This document shows, in pieces, positions 12,624 to 27,647 of a DNA stretch of 64,000 nt. The notes beneath the pieces are model-generated. The model did no database searches and was not told where the DNA came from. It saw nothing but the letters and a program-made list of their open reading frames with translations. The translations under genes were made by a program, and so were the position numbers. The DNA comes from Eledone cirrhosa (taxonomy: Eukaryota). Position 1 is the stretch's first letter. Every line of letters starts with the position of its first letter. The stretch is taken from NCBI GenBank assembly GCA_964016885.1, contig OZ024741.1, forward strand, positions 58,156,001 to 58,220,000, read 5' to 3'.

Positions 12624-13523
12624 TATTAGTTGAACAGAAAAAAAACACGAAGAAATAAAAATTACCTCTGCTGTTTCAATTCATTGATATGTCAAGGGCT
12701 GATCATTGGTGTTGCTTTCTCAAAGTGACATATGATTTGGAATAAACAGCCTCGCATCATCAACACAAAGGGTATACAAGGCCCTAGCTATTGGGCAGAG
12801 GTAGTTCCACCACCATATCATCCATCCATTGGAAGTTTCTTAGTGATACCATGGGCTGAGATTGTCCTTCCACTTGTTCAGGAACCAAGTCATTCACAGA
12901 TGGTTTAGCAGTAGGGTTAACCTTAGAAATTGGTTGCTGTGGCAGTTTGATTTATCTACAGCAACAACAATATCAATCCAAACTGTATCAATGATACCTC
13001 AGTTAAATATGAGGGGGTAACTTCAGTGACTGCAGTAGTAGTAGTGACAGTAGTGATAATAATATATAACCAGTCTAGCCAGTATGTAGTACAGCACACA
13101 TTAAGTAAGAATTACTGTTGACATATAGGAATGATAAAATAGAATAAAATAAGATAAAGTAAAATTAAGTTTGAAGATAGATGACCATTAAATAAATAAA
13201 GAATAGATCACAAGCAAAAAGTAAAAGAAAATGGTAGAGAAGTAGAAACAAAAGAGAAAAATAATCCTCTAAAAAACCAAGAAGGTAGGATTTTTTCTAA
13301 ATTTTGTTTCTGCAACTAGAATTTATTTTCTAACACACACACACATGCATATATATAATATACATAATATATACATATATATATAATGTATAATAAGTTG
13401 TTGGGACTAGAATGGGTTTCACTGTTAGTACCGGTTGCATCTCAGTGTACTCAATAGGTAATGTTATGTAAAATCCCAGAGTAGACACATAGATATTCAC
13501 TTCAATGGGTAACTTCAATCTAT

Positions 13524-13636
13524 ACCCATACTCGTGTTTCAGCTATACTTAATGCAGTGATAGAGTGCACAGCATCTACTGTCTGCATATATTATGCAAC
13601 AATGCACAATCAGTACAAGTGGCTTCATCAGTGGGC
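13524..13636 (-). ncRNA. Hammerhead motif with ~85-nt extended stem II
   Basis: Reverse complement: gccca-CTGATGA-agc...gct-GAAAC-acga-GTA-tgggt. Confidence 0.65.
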
Positions 13637-13916
13637 TTCGTCTAATCAATAACCAATCGACTGACAGAATTCAATTCCAGTCCATGTCGGCTCTGACAGT
13701 GAATGTGACAGTCAACGCAGTCAAAAACAATAGCAACTGAAATCCCTAGGAGTCATCACAATGCTGTCAACCGATTGGCTACTGGTTCAGAAATTTACAT
13801 GACGGTAGATGAAATTCAAATAGTTCCGCTCCTGCCATAAGCACTCAACCAACTTATCTCAAACACAAATATGTAATGTGTACATATAAATAAATTATTA
13901 ATATATACATATATAT

Positions 13917-14100
13917 AATTGTTTCTACTTTTGGCACAAAGCCAGCAATTAACCAGTACATTACTGGTACTTTATTTTATTAACGCCGTAAGGATGAAAG
14001 GCAAGGTTAAACTCGACGAGATTTGAACTTAGACCATAATGGGATGTAACTATACTAGACAGCATGGCGCCCAACCCTCTACCGATACTGCCACTACACC
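13917..14100 (-). mobile_element. Nin-type SINE (reverse)
   Basis: gtttctacttttggcacaaagccagcaatt..ctggtactttatttta..aggatgaaaggcaaggttaa..gatttgaact. Confidence 0.8.
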
Positions 14101-14879
14101 GCTATATATATATATATAAGGATGCCCTGCCTAACACCAACAACATTTACAGTGTGTGCTGGGTACATTTTGTAGTGACTCCTACATGACCACTTCACTG
14201 TGAGGGCTGGGTACTTTTTGTGATGACACCTACATGACCACTTTACAGTGTGGACTGGGTGATTTTTGTCGTGAAATAATATATTATATAATATAATATA
14301 TAATATATGCATGTATGTATGTATGTATGTATGTTTGTATGTATCCATATATTATACATTTAAACACACACACACACATATATAAGGCATTAGTTTTGAC
14401 AGGAGTGTGAAAGAGAAAGAGAAAGTGAGCAGAAAGTCAGATAAATTATGAAAATATATATATATATAAAGAAATGAAAGGTGATTATTATCAGAAAAAG
14501 TAAAAAATAAAAATAATGATAATATGGGAGCCAGAAATAATGATTTCTTTATTGGCCACAAGGGCTGACATCAAGAAAAACATTACAGACGGCACAGGAC
14601 GGTACGATGTGGGTTTTGTGCATGTAAAGATTTTTATTATTTATATAAGAAAAGAAAAAGAGATAGAAACATATATATATATATAAACAATAAAAAATTC
14701 CCCAATAAGGGGGAAACCTCCAAGGGTTACTGGTGGCGAAAACCACACAAAAGACCACAGCCACCCTGACCAGGATGGACAAAATAAGAAAATTTCATTA
14801 ACACCTTCATTAGTTTCAAGTGAAATTTGGTTTTTTTCCTCTTTCTTAATGACAGCTCCAGTACCACAGATACAGTAAA

Positions 14880-15080
14880 TAAGCAGAGTTGTAAGAATAC
14901 TTTGCAGTATTTGTTCCAACTCTTTACACTCCGAGTGCAAATCTCGCCCAGGTCAACTTTGCTTTTCATCCTTCCAAGGTTGATAATATAAAGTACCAAT
15001 CAAGTACTGGGGTCAATGTAATCAAACTTCTCCAACCAAATTGCTGGCTTTATACATAAATTAAAAATTATTATTATTAT
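14880..15080 (+). mobile_element. Nin-type SINE
   Basis: gagtgcaaatctcgcccaggtcaactttgcttttcatccttccaaggttgataa..aagtacc. Confidence 0.7.
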
Positions 15081-15523
15081 TATATTCACTTTACTCAGCA
15101 TTTCATTGTTCCTCTGCTAGTATTTAAATTACTAGATATCAAGCTGTCTCCTACAGCCTCAGGTATCTAGCACCTTTTCTATGGTTCTTGCTGTGCCAAG
15201 AAAACAAGCCTTCCATAGTGTCAGGAAGTTCAGCTCTACATCCAACACCTACCAATCATTCAAACTTCTAGCCACAGACCCTAAGGCTGCTATTACAATT
15301 GGAATGATAATGGCTTTAAAGCAATTCCAGATTTCATATTTCAGTCCTTTTCTATTTTCTTATACTCTAATATCAAATGGGCAAGCAACATCAATTAACT
15401 AACACACTATTTCCTCTTTTATTAAGTATTACAATGTCTGGGTGTGAATGCTCAATTTGTTTATCCTATAATACTTTTAGATACACATGCACACACAAAT
15501 GTATAGACACACAGATTATACAT

Positions 15524-15554
<31 letters not shown>

Positions 15555-15605
15555 TGCACATATATATATATGTGTGTATGTAAGTGTGTGTGTATACTAA
15601 CATAC

Positions 15606-15800
15606 AAATTTAATATAGAAATGGCTTCTACAGAACTAGGACTGTTTAATTCGAGGGAAATCAGCAGTAGGTGATTTCCTTCGAATGAAACAGTTCTAGT
15701 CCTGTAGAAGCCATTTCTATAATAAATTTGTTGTTTACACTCTACTAATGTATGAGTACCTGACTTACTGTGGTTACCCCCGGTTGAACCTGGGACTCAC
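15606..15800. mobile_element. FB1 fold-back element, copy 2
   Basis: Inverted arms 15606-15730 homologous to 290-410, plus 3' extension homologous to 219-290. Confidence 0.8.
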
Positions 15801-15825
15801 ATATATACAAATATATATATATATA

Positions 15826-16014
15826 TAGGAACAAGTAGGACCCCGACGGCTGAGCTCAAGCCGTTTTGACGGCTAATTCAGTCCAGAATTAGCCGTCGAA
15901 ACGGCTTGAGCTCAGCCGTCGGGGTCCTACTTGTTCCTATTACCCACTCTACTACCCTAAGTATTGAGTACTTTGGTGTGTTATGGTCCAATGGTTCCTT
16001 ACCACATTTCCTTC

Positions 16015-16019
<5 letters not shown>
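15826..16019. mobile_element. FB2 fold-back element; palindrome 15826-15939 contains the 3' half of a hammerhead
   Basis: ataggaacaagtaggaccccgacggctgagctcaagccg...cggcttgagctcagccgtcggggtcctacttgttcctat; GAAAC-GGCT(tgagctc)AGCC-GTC-gggg. Confidence 0.75.
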
Positions 16020-16055
<36 letters not shown>

Positions 16056-16058
<3 letters not shown>

Positions 16059-16245
16059 GTTTAATATAGAAATGGCTTCTACAGGACTAGAACTGTTTCA
16101 TTCAAAGGATATTTCCTGATGATTTCCTTCGAATGAAACAATTCTATTCTTGTAGAAGCCATTTCTATATTAAACATTGTATATACTCTACTATGTATTG
16201 AGTACCTTACTTACTGTGGTTACCCCCGATTGAACCTGGGATACA
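16056..16245. mobile_element. FB1 fold-back element, copy 3, with complete hammerhead motif at 16112-16158 (+)
   Basis: tttc-CTGATGA-tttccttcgaat-GAA-ACAA-ttctattc-TTGT-A-gaag. Confidence 0.8.
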
Positions 16246-16564
16246 CACACACACACACATACATCCTTATCTATTTATTTATTTTAGCTAAAATCGACTC
16301 CAGAGAAAATATTCAGTCAGAAACAGCATTACATAGTATTATTATTGTTGCAACTTTAAAGCTTATTTTTCAAGACTAAATACTGGAATTGATGAGAAAG
16401 TAAAGACAAAATTCACCATGGGGCATTTGTTTTAAAGATCAATAATATATTGATTTCAGTGTCAAATTCATCTGTAGAATGTATAGTTATGTGAGTATCT
16501 ACAACAGAAGTGTCCATAGTGTATGAAGTGCTCCCACCACTGCCACTGCAGCATGTACGTTTGT

Positions 16565-17825
<1,261 letters not shown>

Positions 17826-19029
17826 TGTAACAGAAGTGTCTCTAATGTACAGTTTTTCCACCACTACCACTGTCATAAACATAAACCAATTTTATGCACA
17901 CACACTCATATATATATACAAACACATACAATGATATCCTAGGAGGTTTCCAAGTTCAGATAAGAGTTAATATTTGGAAGGAACATATTAATAGTAAATC
18001 TTTCTGGAAGATTCCTCCGAATTATTTTTCCTTCCCAGTCAATCTGACATGAATCAACTATTTCTATTGGGAGCAACCGATAGAACATGGTGGCCATTCA
18101 AATATGAAATTAGAGAAGGAGGAGCAAATATTGTTACTGTTGGATTAGGACAGTTCACGTGTGTGTGTATGTGCATGCATGTGTAGTTGTGTGTGTGTTT
18201 ATATGAGTGCGTGTGTCTATCTTTTGTGTATGTGTATGGGTGTGCGTTTATGAGTGTGTGGGTGTATAGGAGTGTGTGCATGCATATGTAGCTGTTTGTG
18301 TGTGTGTACATTCTTGTGAGTTTATGAGTGTATGGGTGTATGTGAGCAAATGTGCATATGAGTATGTGTGCGTATGAGTGAGTGTTAGTATGTGTACAGC
18401 GTGTGCTTATGTATGTATGTGTATGGGTGTGTGCGCGTGTGTATGTGTGGGTACAGACATACATGAACAAATACAATAAAAAAAATAATAAAAATCCCCA
18501 ACTGTGCACCACCCGCAACTGAGCACAACCCCCTAGCCATACCCCCCCCCCCCCCACCACCACCACCACCACCACCACCAGCACATGCTGTCAAGAAAGA
18601 CTAACAACTAACTGATGTAAGACTAGTGAATTGATGGTATTGTGAGAAGGAAACTGTAAGGTATGGCAGTGGTACTGTACAGGAAATGGGGTGGGGGAGG
18701 AAGGGAGGAGGACAGATGAGTTAGAGAGAGCGGGGGTTGGGGGCAAAAATGAAAAACAAATAAACAAATGAGTAACCTTGAGCACTCACACCTCAAGAGC
18801 CCAAAAGTACCATCAAACCCTGGGCTAAAAGTGAGATGATAGGGAGCGGTGGGCTGATTTCTACCAGTTATAATGCTAATCTATAATACAGCTTTTAGGC
18901 TGCAATTTATTATTTTTTTTATCTAAGTCAATACACATATCATAGTAAGTTGGATATGTAAATTAGTACAAAATGTAGGAGCACAAAATTTCCGTTACAA
19001 ATTTTGCTTAATTAGTCATGAAACTACTT

Positions 19030-19107
19030 CTGCCACGGGCCATAGAAAAGTAGTTTTGTGGGCGACACGTGGACCCAGACCACATGCCGCGTGTTTGAAA
19101 CCCCAGA
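19030..19107. mobile_element. Possible hAT-MITE terminal fragment
   Basis: gggcc..gtgggcgacacgtggaccc..gccgcgtgtttgaaacccc resembles hAT subterminal GGCCCGCG/TTTGAGACCCCTG motifs. Confidence 0.35.
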
Positions 19108-19375
19108 CCTACACCATGGACGAGGATGGGCAACAGTGTAAATGAGTTGTCAGATACACCTACACAATGAAATGGGGAAAAAGAAGAACAGAGGAAAGCC
19201 ACTTATAAGATAACTTTAGTTCTTTATGTTCATTTATTCTTGAGTTTTGTATTACTTATTTATAAACAGACACATGCTTCTTTATTGGAATGGCTTTCCT
19301 GTTTATATATATATATATATGGGCGTAAGCCTGTATATGTGTGTGTATCATTATCATCAGCTAATGTTCATTTTC

Positions 19376-19416
<41 letters not shown>

Positions 19417-19582
19417 GCATACACACAGAAAGAAACAGACGCACAGAAACTGGCAAAGATTCTGCATATTTCGCTATAACAATTAGAGCTACACATAAAC
19501 ATACATACATATATACAAACATACATACATCATCATCATTGTTGTTTAACATCTATTTTCCACGCTAGCTTTCATATATATA

Positions 19583-21290
19583 TAATGAGGAGAATGCATG
19601 GGAAGAAGAGACCCTACCCCAAGTAGACCCTATAGAGGGGCCAGCAGTACAAGTCAACAGCAACGTAGTAAGTAAGGCAATCAAAGATATGAAGACAGGG
19701 AAGGCAACCGGTCCATCGAGTATAGATGCTGAAGGTATCTGGGTCGGTAGGTTACACCATAACCACACGTATTGTTAACCAGGTAATACTAGAAGGTGTC
19801 ATACCAAAGGATTGGTGCAGTAGCATTATTGTCAACTGCTAAAAGGTAAAGGTGATGCACTAGATAGAGGAAACTATAGAGGTATAAAGCTGATGGACCA
19901 GGTCATGAAAGTAACAGAGAGAGTTATAGCACAGTTGATTAGGGACCGGGTGAAACTAGATGAGATGCAATTTGGGTTTGTGCCAGGAAGAGACACCACT
20001 GATGCCCTCTTCCTTGTGAGGGAGTTACAGGAAAAGAACCTAGCTTAAAGTAAGCCACCTGGCATTCGTCGATCTCGAGAAAGCATTTGACAGAGTTCCC
20101 CATGCTATAATCTGGTGGGCTCTTAGACAACTAGGAGTAGAGGAATGGCTTGTGGAAGCTGTACAGGCCATGTATAGGGGAGCTGTCAGCAAAGTTAGGA
20201 TTAGCAATGAGTATAGCGAGGAATTTAGCGTACAGGTTGGTGTCCACCAGGGCTCTGTTCTTAGCCCTCTCTTGTTCATCATAGTCTTGCAGGCAATAAC
20301 AGAGGAGTTTAAGACTGGATGCCCATGGGAACTCCTGTATGCAGATGACCTTGAACGTATAGCTGAATCTATGGTAGAACTAGAGAAGAAATTCGAAACT
20401 TGGAAGCAGGGACTGGAAAGAAAGGGTCGCAAAGTCAACCTAACAAAGACTAAGGTCCTTGTAAGTAGACGAGAAAACAGAACCCAGATCCCCTCAGGGA
20501 AATGGCCTGGCTCAGTATGTAGGAAAGGTGTAGGTAGGAACTCCATTCTCGGCCCCAAATGCAAACAATGGGCATACAAGAGATGTAGCGGGATCTCAGG
20601 AAGCTTAATTAAGAATGTAGGCTTCACATGTAGCAGCTATGCTGGGACAGCAAGCAGCAAACAGCCAAAGGCTTTTCCCTCAAAATGAAAGGCAGACTGT
20701 ATGATGTATGTATACGAACAGCAATGTTACATGGTAGTGAGACCTGGGCGCTGAAGGTGGAAGACTTACGTAGATTAGAAAGAAACGAAGCCTGCATGCT
20801 CCGATGGATGTGTAATAGTAATATACGTGAATGGCAAAGCATAAATGAATTGAGAGAGAGACTGAGCATAAGAGGAATCAAATGTTGCGTGCAGGAGAGG
20901 CGGTTGCATTGGTATGGACATGTGGTGCGTATGAAGGATGACAGCTGCATAAAAAGGTGCAGAGCACTAGAAGTCGATGGAAACCGCGGAGTGGGGAGAT
21001 CCAAGAAGGCCTGGGATGAGGTGATAAAAGCCGACCTTAACCAATTACACCTCTCAAACGCGATGACACATGACCGGGACATCTGGCATCATGCAGTAAT
21101 ACAGAAGACCCCCCCCCCCACGGGTACAAGCCGAAGCTGAAGCATATAGACAATATGCCCCCACACCCTCCCACTGCAAAGTGGTCATGGAGGTGCCACG
21201 GCAAAAAAGCACCCACCACACACTGTAAATGAAGTTGGTGTTAGGAAGCCAGAATCAGTTCCCGTAGGAGCAAGATAAGATCAACCGACT
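19583..21290 (+). pseudogene. RTE family A fragment (RT core to 3'UTR) with frameshifts and an internal deletion
   Basis: High identity to ~36880-38830; sequence jumps from agcaaacagcca to aaggcttttccctc at ~20668. Confidence 0.95.
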
Positions 21291-21330
21291 TGGCAAGCTA
21301 TTTAGAACACTGGTTTAACCACTTTACTTC

Positions 21331-21365
21331 CCTCCGAAGAAGAGATATTATCTCGAAAATTAAGG
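21331..21365 (+). ncRNA. Minimal hammerhead-like motif (variant core CCGAAGA)
   Basis: cct-CCGAAGA-aGAGATattATCTC-GAAA-aTTA-agg. Confidence 0.45.
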
Positions 21366-21469
21366 ACATTTAAATAAATCTAAGGTAAAAGACTAATTGT
21401 CAACAATATATTTTGCAATTGCATTCTTTATTCTATGTCCATACCTGCATTGTTTTGGCTTTATTATAC

Positions 21470-22020
21470 ACTAGCATTAAAGCCCGGCGTTGCTCGGGGT
21501 CATTAAGTTACCAAAGTTAGGTTGCACCACCCATTTTATGGCAGCACTTTTTTGTCTGGGTGAATGAATCGCAGACCTGGAAGCATGAGCTTCGCCAGCA
21601 GTGACAATTGTAGTTTCGCCTATGGATATTATCTCTGTGCAAAAAAGTGTTGAAATTTATTGTTTCACAGTACTTGCGCAACACGCGCGTAGACGATGCC
21701 AGCCGAACAACAGAGCTGCAATGGAGTTGTTCTGCATGGTTGCCTGTGTGTTTTCTAAATTTAAGACAGTAGGGAGGGTTGTGATATGAGGGAGAGTTAG
21801 CTGTTGTTTCAGCAGTTTAAATGAGAGAGAAAAATCGTAAAATATTGAGTTTTATCTATTTTTTTGCGTAATTGTGGGTGAAATTGAAAAAAGTATCTGC
21901 GTCAAGACGCAATCGAAGCTATTTCGAATACTGAATTGTAAATTTCAATTGAAGAAATTCTATATCGTAGATTTCTATAACGTAGGAGCATGACCACACA
22001 CTGAGCTTTATAGATTATGA
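21470..22020 (+). mobile_element. Non-autonomous Helitron/Helentron-like (Lep1/DINE-type) element
   Basis: 5' ACTAGcattaaagCCCGGCGTTGCTCGGG hairpin terminus and 3' ...cacactgagctttatagattatgat, similar to termini of such elements. Confidence 0.5.
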
Positions 22021-22033
22021 TGATATACAAACG

Positions 22034-22084
<51 letters not shown>

Positions 22085-23130
22085 CCCATGCTAGCATGGA
22101 AAAATGGTCATTAAACAGTGATGATGATGATGTTGATACATACATATATAACTAAGATATCACTCCTTAGATCTTGGGTGCATCCGAGTATCCAAGTCAA
22201 ATTTGCATTTTTCACTTTTCAATTTTTCAACTTGCTATTCGCTTTTCCCTATCTTCTACGATAAGTACGGGTTCTACATAACTCTGTTTTGTAATTCCAT
22301 GCTAGCATGGGTTAGATGGGTTGGTCCATTTGCTGCAAGTCAGATCAGGTGACCATGTCTTGCTCAATATATATATAGATCTACTTTGCAAATATATAAG
22401 CTGTGAACATAATACTTGTCAGTCACTATGTTGAAAAGCCAGAAAATATGATCGTTATGGGTGGGGGACATATATTTAACGCTTATATATTTATTATTAT
22501 TATTATTATTTTATGAAATTTATTCATCTATTTCTTTTTTCTTTAAGAAGAAAACATTTTTTGCTAAATTCCGAAAAGTGTTTTTAAAATGTCTCAGATG
22601 TATATATAAACATATGTATACAAAGAATTTATATATTTATATTTTATTATAAACTATTCACAGTGCAACAAACTGTGTAATTATGTATGTATACATCATA
22701 ATCATTATCATCATTTAACACTTATTTTCCCTGTGTGTGTGAGTGTTTGTGTCTAAATATATATCTATGTCCTGTTGGAAGTAATTCGTTTTGCCAACAC
22801 TTGTTAGTCAAGAAAGAGGCTGTTAAACAATGATGATGATGATGATGATAATGATGTAAGTATGTGAATGTATGTGTAACAAGGAAAAAGTTCAGCTTTA
22901 TCAGATGGAAATTACTAATTTACACATCGAAGAAAAAATATACAATGAAACAAACTGAATTAAATCATTACACACACACATGTGTGTATATATATCATAC
23001 ACAAAACGTCAGCATCAACAGTTTTCCAAGAGATAACAACATGAATGGACCTGTTTTTTTTTTTTCTCTAAACACTATTTTCCCGATTCCTCCCTGCCTC
23101 TCCCTTCAATCTTTCTAATTTCTCATTCTT

Positions 23131-23166
23131 TCTTCTGATGAAGGACTAGCGTCCGAAACGTTAAGA
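23131..23166 (+). ncRNA. Minimal type I hammerhead ribozyme
   Basis: tctt-CTGATGA-aGGACtagcGTCC-GAAAC-gtt-aaga; palindromic AACGTT stem III; degenerate copies at ~1850-1875 (-) and ~45175-45210 (-). Confidence 0.75.
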
Positions 23167-23262
23167 CCCTCTTCCTGCTATTTCAAGCATTAACCTAATA
23201 TATTCCTTCTATATACTGTACCGATTGTGTTGTTATTTCTATTTACCTTTTACACATATATA

Positions 23263-23604
23263 TCATCATCATCATCATCATCATTTTACGTCCGCTTTAC
23301 CCTGCTTGCAAGGGTGGGACGGGAACTGATTCTGGCTTGATTTCTACAGCTGGATGCCCTTCATAACACCAACCTCATTTACAGTGAGTGCTGGGTGCTT
23401 TTTTGCCGTGGCACCTCCACGGCCAATTTGCAGTGGAATGATAGGTACTCCAGTCCCTATCATCTCATTTCTACAGCTGAGTAAACTGGAGCAATGTGAA
23501 ATAAAGAGTCTTGCTCAAGGAAACAACACATCAGTTGGTCTGAGAATTGAACTCACAACCTTTCGATTGCAAGGCCAATGTTCTAACCACTAAGCCATGT
23601 GCCT

Positions 23605-23610
<6 letters not shown>
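23263..23610 (-). mobile_element. Composite tRNA/CORE-like SINE with RTE family A 3' tail
   Basis: Reverse complement: A-box tggcttagtggttag, B-box gagttcaattc, tccttgagcaagac..ctccagtttactcagctgt, then the RTE-A 3'UTR and (ATG)n. Confidence 0.85.
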
Positions 23611-23662
<52 letters not shown>

Positions 23663-23936
23663 GAAGAGAGAAGAAACATTTAGATATAATTAGTAATAAA
23701 ATGTATCATACCTAAACTGCTCCTAGATTCCTCGACTACGTAGTTTCGTGGCATAAACAAAAACAATACATCATAGAGATATAGAGTCTTTGCGAGGTCT
23801 GCCGGCTTATCAAGAGGATACCTCATTTTACTAGTCTCAAGAACGTGTCTACACAACGTGAGAAAGAATCCCAAAAGGCGGAGGGGGAGATAGTCACGCG
23901 ATATAACGGTCGAGAAACAGAGCTAAGCCTCTTATA

Positions 23937-23993
23937 ACCCCGAAGAAAATACCACGGAGGCGGAGGGGGTATTTATATCGAAGCCGGTTGGGT
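23937..23993 (+). ncRNA. Degenerate hammerhead-like motif
   Basis: acc-CCGAAGA-aAATACC...GGTATTtatatc-GAAGC-cggtt-ggg; two deviations from the core. Confidence 0.3.
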
Positions 23994-24186
23994 GCGGATG
24001 CATTCATGTATATGTGTGTGTCCGCATGTATCTGTGTTTCTAAATATATTATATATATATATATATATATAGTAATAATAATAAATGCGAAGATTAAAAT
24101 TCGAAGAGGGCTCGCAGATGAAATATTTTTATCTAACACATGTATGTGTATATATATATGTGTGTGTGTATATATATATATATATA

Positions 24187-24227
<41 letters not shown>

Positions 24228-24309
24228 ATGTGCGTATATATATATGTGTGTGTGTGTATATATATACATATGTGTGTGTGTGTGAATATATATATATATA
24301 TATATATGT

Positions 24310-24770
24310 TGACAAACAAAAGTTTTCTCCCGATGTACAAAAGGACAGCCATATGATGGCTATGTGCGAAGTACGATGCTGCATGGTATTGAAACATTAG
24401 CTGTGACAGCAGAGGCCATACATAGATCGGAGAGAAAGGAAGCAACCATGTTTCATTAGATGTGCAATGTAAGAGTGAGAGAAAGGCAGACCTTGGACAA
24501 GGTTTGGGAGAAGCTGGGTTTAAAAGTAATCTGAGGTAGTGTGCAGGACATGTGATCGTATTGTGCATGAACAATGACAAGTGGGTGAAGAAATGCCAGG
24601 AAATAACAGTCGAAGGAAACCACAGTAGAGGAAGACCAAGAAAGACCTGGGTAGAGGTTGTGAGGGCTGACTTCAAATCGCTAAGACTGGCAGAAGAGAT
24701 GACAAAAGAACATGCTGAGAAGAATCCGTCCAACCCATGTAAGCATAGAAAAAACAGACTTAAAAATGAT
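24310..24770 (+). pseudogene. Highly decayed RTE 3' fragment
   Basis: LHGIET, WVKKCQEITVEGNHSRGRPRKTW similar to the RTE C-terminus. Confidence 0.8.
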
Positions 24771-25368
24771 GAGTATATATATATATATATATATATAGAT
24801 AGATAGATAGATATGTGGTTCAGTCCCACTGTGAGGAACCATGATATATATATATACGGTTGAGTGCTTATTCAATGTGTGCTATCTATGCAATTTTTTG
24901 CATGATATACACATACTGAATTCATTTGCCAAAATCTGGGGTTTTTCTCCTTGTGAGTTACACATGTGCTTTTACAAAGTTCTACGTCATTCACAAAGTT
25001 GGTGCAGAGCAAAATACCTGTTGATAACGTGATATTCCTTGTTCGATCATTATGCTAAAAGCTTATAGTTTTAAGCAGACAGTATTATTGATTTAGGTGT
25101 CATAGAAACCCTGCATTTGGATTTTACCATCAATTCCATTTGGGTCCAGGTCTGTTTTTATCATTTATTTTGTTTGACCTGTTTAGCTTGATTTGTTTTT
25201 TGGCTTAGGAGGTTAATACTTTCTTGACCACTTTTTCAGTATGTATGGCGTTTTAACATATTGTTTAGCTCTAGTTTTCTTAACTATTGAAGCGCTTGCC
25301 AGCATATCTACGATTTGCGTTTCGTTTCGCTTTTTCTACCAGCCGAAATACGATTCTCGTTTAATTTA

Positions 25369-25405
<37 letters not shown>

Positions 25406-25671
25406 TAAAACATGTCTATAGAATCACAAGATAAAATATAAACTATTTCCTCCCCCAATTAGCATAATTAACTATATAAGAAATTGAATAGACCAGGCTA
25501 TACGAATGAGGCTTTTATGAAGGAATCTCCAACAAATAACCGAAAGTAGCGCTTCGCGTCGGCCGTAGCGGAATATTTATCGAATATTTCGACAGCGTAA
25601 TCGCCTAGATACAGTCAACTAAGCAGAATTAGGTTTAAAATAAACTAGGAGAAAATAGAATACATTTAAAT

Positions 25672-25759
25672 ACCTCTACCATGGTTTCGTCCGTGTTTTG
25701 AGTTTTCCAATAATTATGTAATAATTATATAAACTCGAGCGCCGGATTCTTCAGGAAGC
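25672..25759 (-). ncRNA. Hammerhead motif with extended stem II
   Basis: Reverse complement: gcttc-CTGAAGA-aTCCG...CGGAc-GAAAC-catg-GTA-gaggt; palindromic ACCATGGT stem III. Confidence 0.7.
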
Positions 25760-25825
25760 TCGCTCATATCCAGACATTAAATTTTCCAAAACGATCGCAC
25801 CAAGAATTCATTTCAAAATGGCTAA

Positions 25826-25865
<40 letters not shown>

Positions 25866-26980
25866 TTGCCTCTTTATTACAAGGCGAAATTCCAGTGTAA
25901 CAGGACTCACTATTTAGCCTTAATAAAATGAATATTTGAACTCTACTTCAGTATTGAGTACTCCTTTCTCTCAGCTGCCAACCACATATGGATATATATA
26001 TATATATGAATGTATATATACACACACACACACATGAAATACATGAGATGAAGTTTTCCAACCTATCTAGTCACAGTGACAATGTTCCCAAATCATACAA
26101 GCATGGAAAGAAGATATAAAATAATTGTTTCTACTTTAGGCACAAGGCCAGCAATTACCCAGTGCATTACTGGTACTAAGAAGATATAAAATAATGACAT
26201 ATGCACACACTCGTGTATAAGTGCATTCATGTGTGTTCATACATTTACTATTTGTTTATGTCCTATAATATAGTGGTTTGATAAAATAAGTACCAGACTA
26301 AAAACAAAATACGTACTGGGTTCAATATGAATCTTTTTCTGCTCAATCATTATAGAATGTCAAGAGCTAATAGCTGTATATCCTTTTCTGCTAAATCATT
26401 ACAGTATGTTAAGAGCTAATAGAGCTATAAATATCATCCTCGGAAATGAATATACATTCTGGGCTAATCCTTATAAGAGTGACAATGTATGTTTTATTAA
26501 AGGCGTCTAAATATCTGATGGTTTGTGGAGTGTTGTGCTTAGAAAGACAAACACAGAATCTCCTCATTATCAGAGGAAATGAATACACATTCTCACTTAA
26601 TCCTTGAAATATTTATTATAAGTTTTATTATAACAGGTCTCTTCACATCTATATACTTGCTTAAGTGTTTGTATGTTTAAAATACCAACATAAAATCAAT
26701 GACATGTAGTGTGTATATGTATTTGCATATATATGCATGTGTGTGTGTCTATATATATATATATAAGTACATTTGTTTTGAAACAGCAAGCGAGTTTGAA
26801 ATAGAAAATAGAAGCTTTCACCGCATTTTTGACTAAAGAAATTTTCGACTCCCATATACATCAATATTCATCTTCTTCCATTTCTTTAGAGGGTTCTAAA
26901 CCCCATTATCAGGCTAAAATTTCTTTAGTCAAAATTACAGCGAAAGGTTCTATTTTCTCTGACACACACACACACATATA

Positions 26981-27055
<75 letters not shown>

Positions 27056-27473
27056 GTGTGTGTGTGTGTGTTTATAATTGTCATCAGCATCACTTAATGT
27101 CCACTTTTCCTGTTAGCACAGGTTGGATAGGTCTACAAAGACCAGGTCTGTACTGAAGAGTTGGGTACTGACCTCTTGAACAATAAGGGGGATCTGCATC
27201 TCACTTACATATGGTCACATGTTCTACTGAGTGCACAGGAGAGGTTGGCATGCTTTTGACACAACTGAAGGATCCTCCCAAACCATTGTTTGGCAAACTT
27301 TCAATGTACCTTTTCTTTGTGTATATGTGTGCATACATGTACATATGTATATATATGTGTGTGTGTGTATATGCATGTTTATATATAAACACATGCGCGC
27401 GCGCACACACACATACATGATGGATGCCCCCTCATTACCGAGTATGGCTATTGCACGAAAAAAAAAAATTTTT

Positions 27474-27505
<32 letters not shown>

Positions 27506-27647
27506 CTTATATACATACACATACATACATACATACATATACATATATACATACATACACACATATATACACACATACATGCATATACACATATATACAC
27601 ACACATATATATATATATATCAACAATTAACATACATACATACATAC

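Noticed and set aside
23530-23610. tRNA gene candidates (also 60865-60915 and Nin-SINE heads)
   Set aside because: A/B boxes are present but run directly into SINE bodies; no complete cloverleaf.
24880-25370. Possible decayed PLE coding fragment next to the 25672 hammerhead
   Set aside because: No motif could be identified with confidence by eye.
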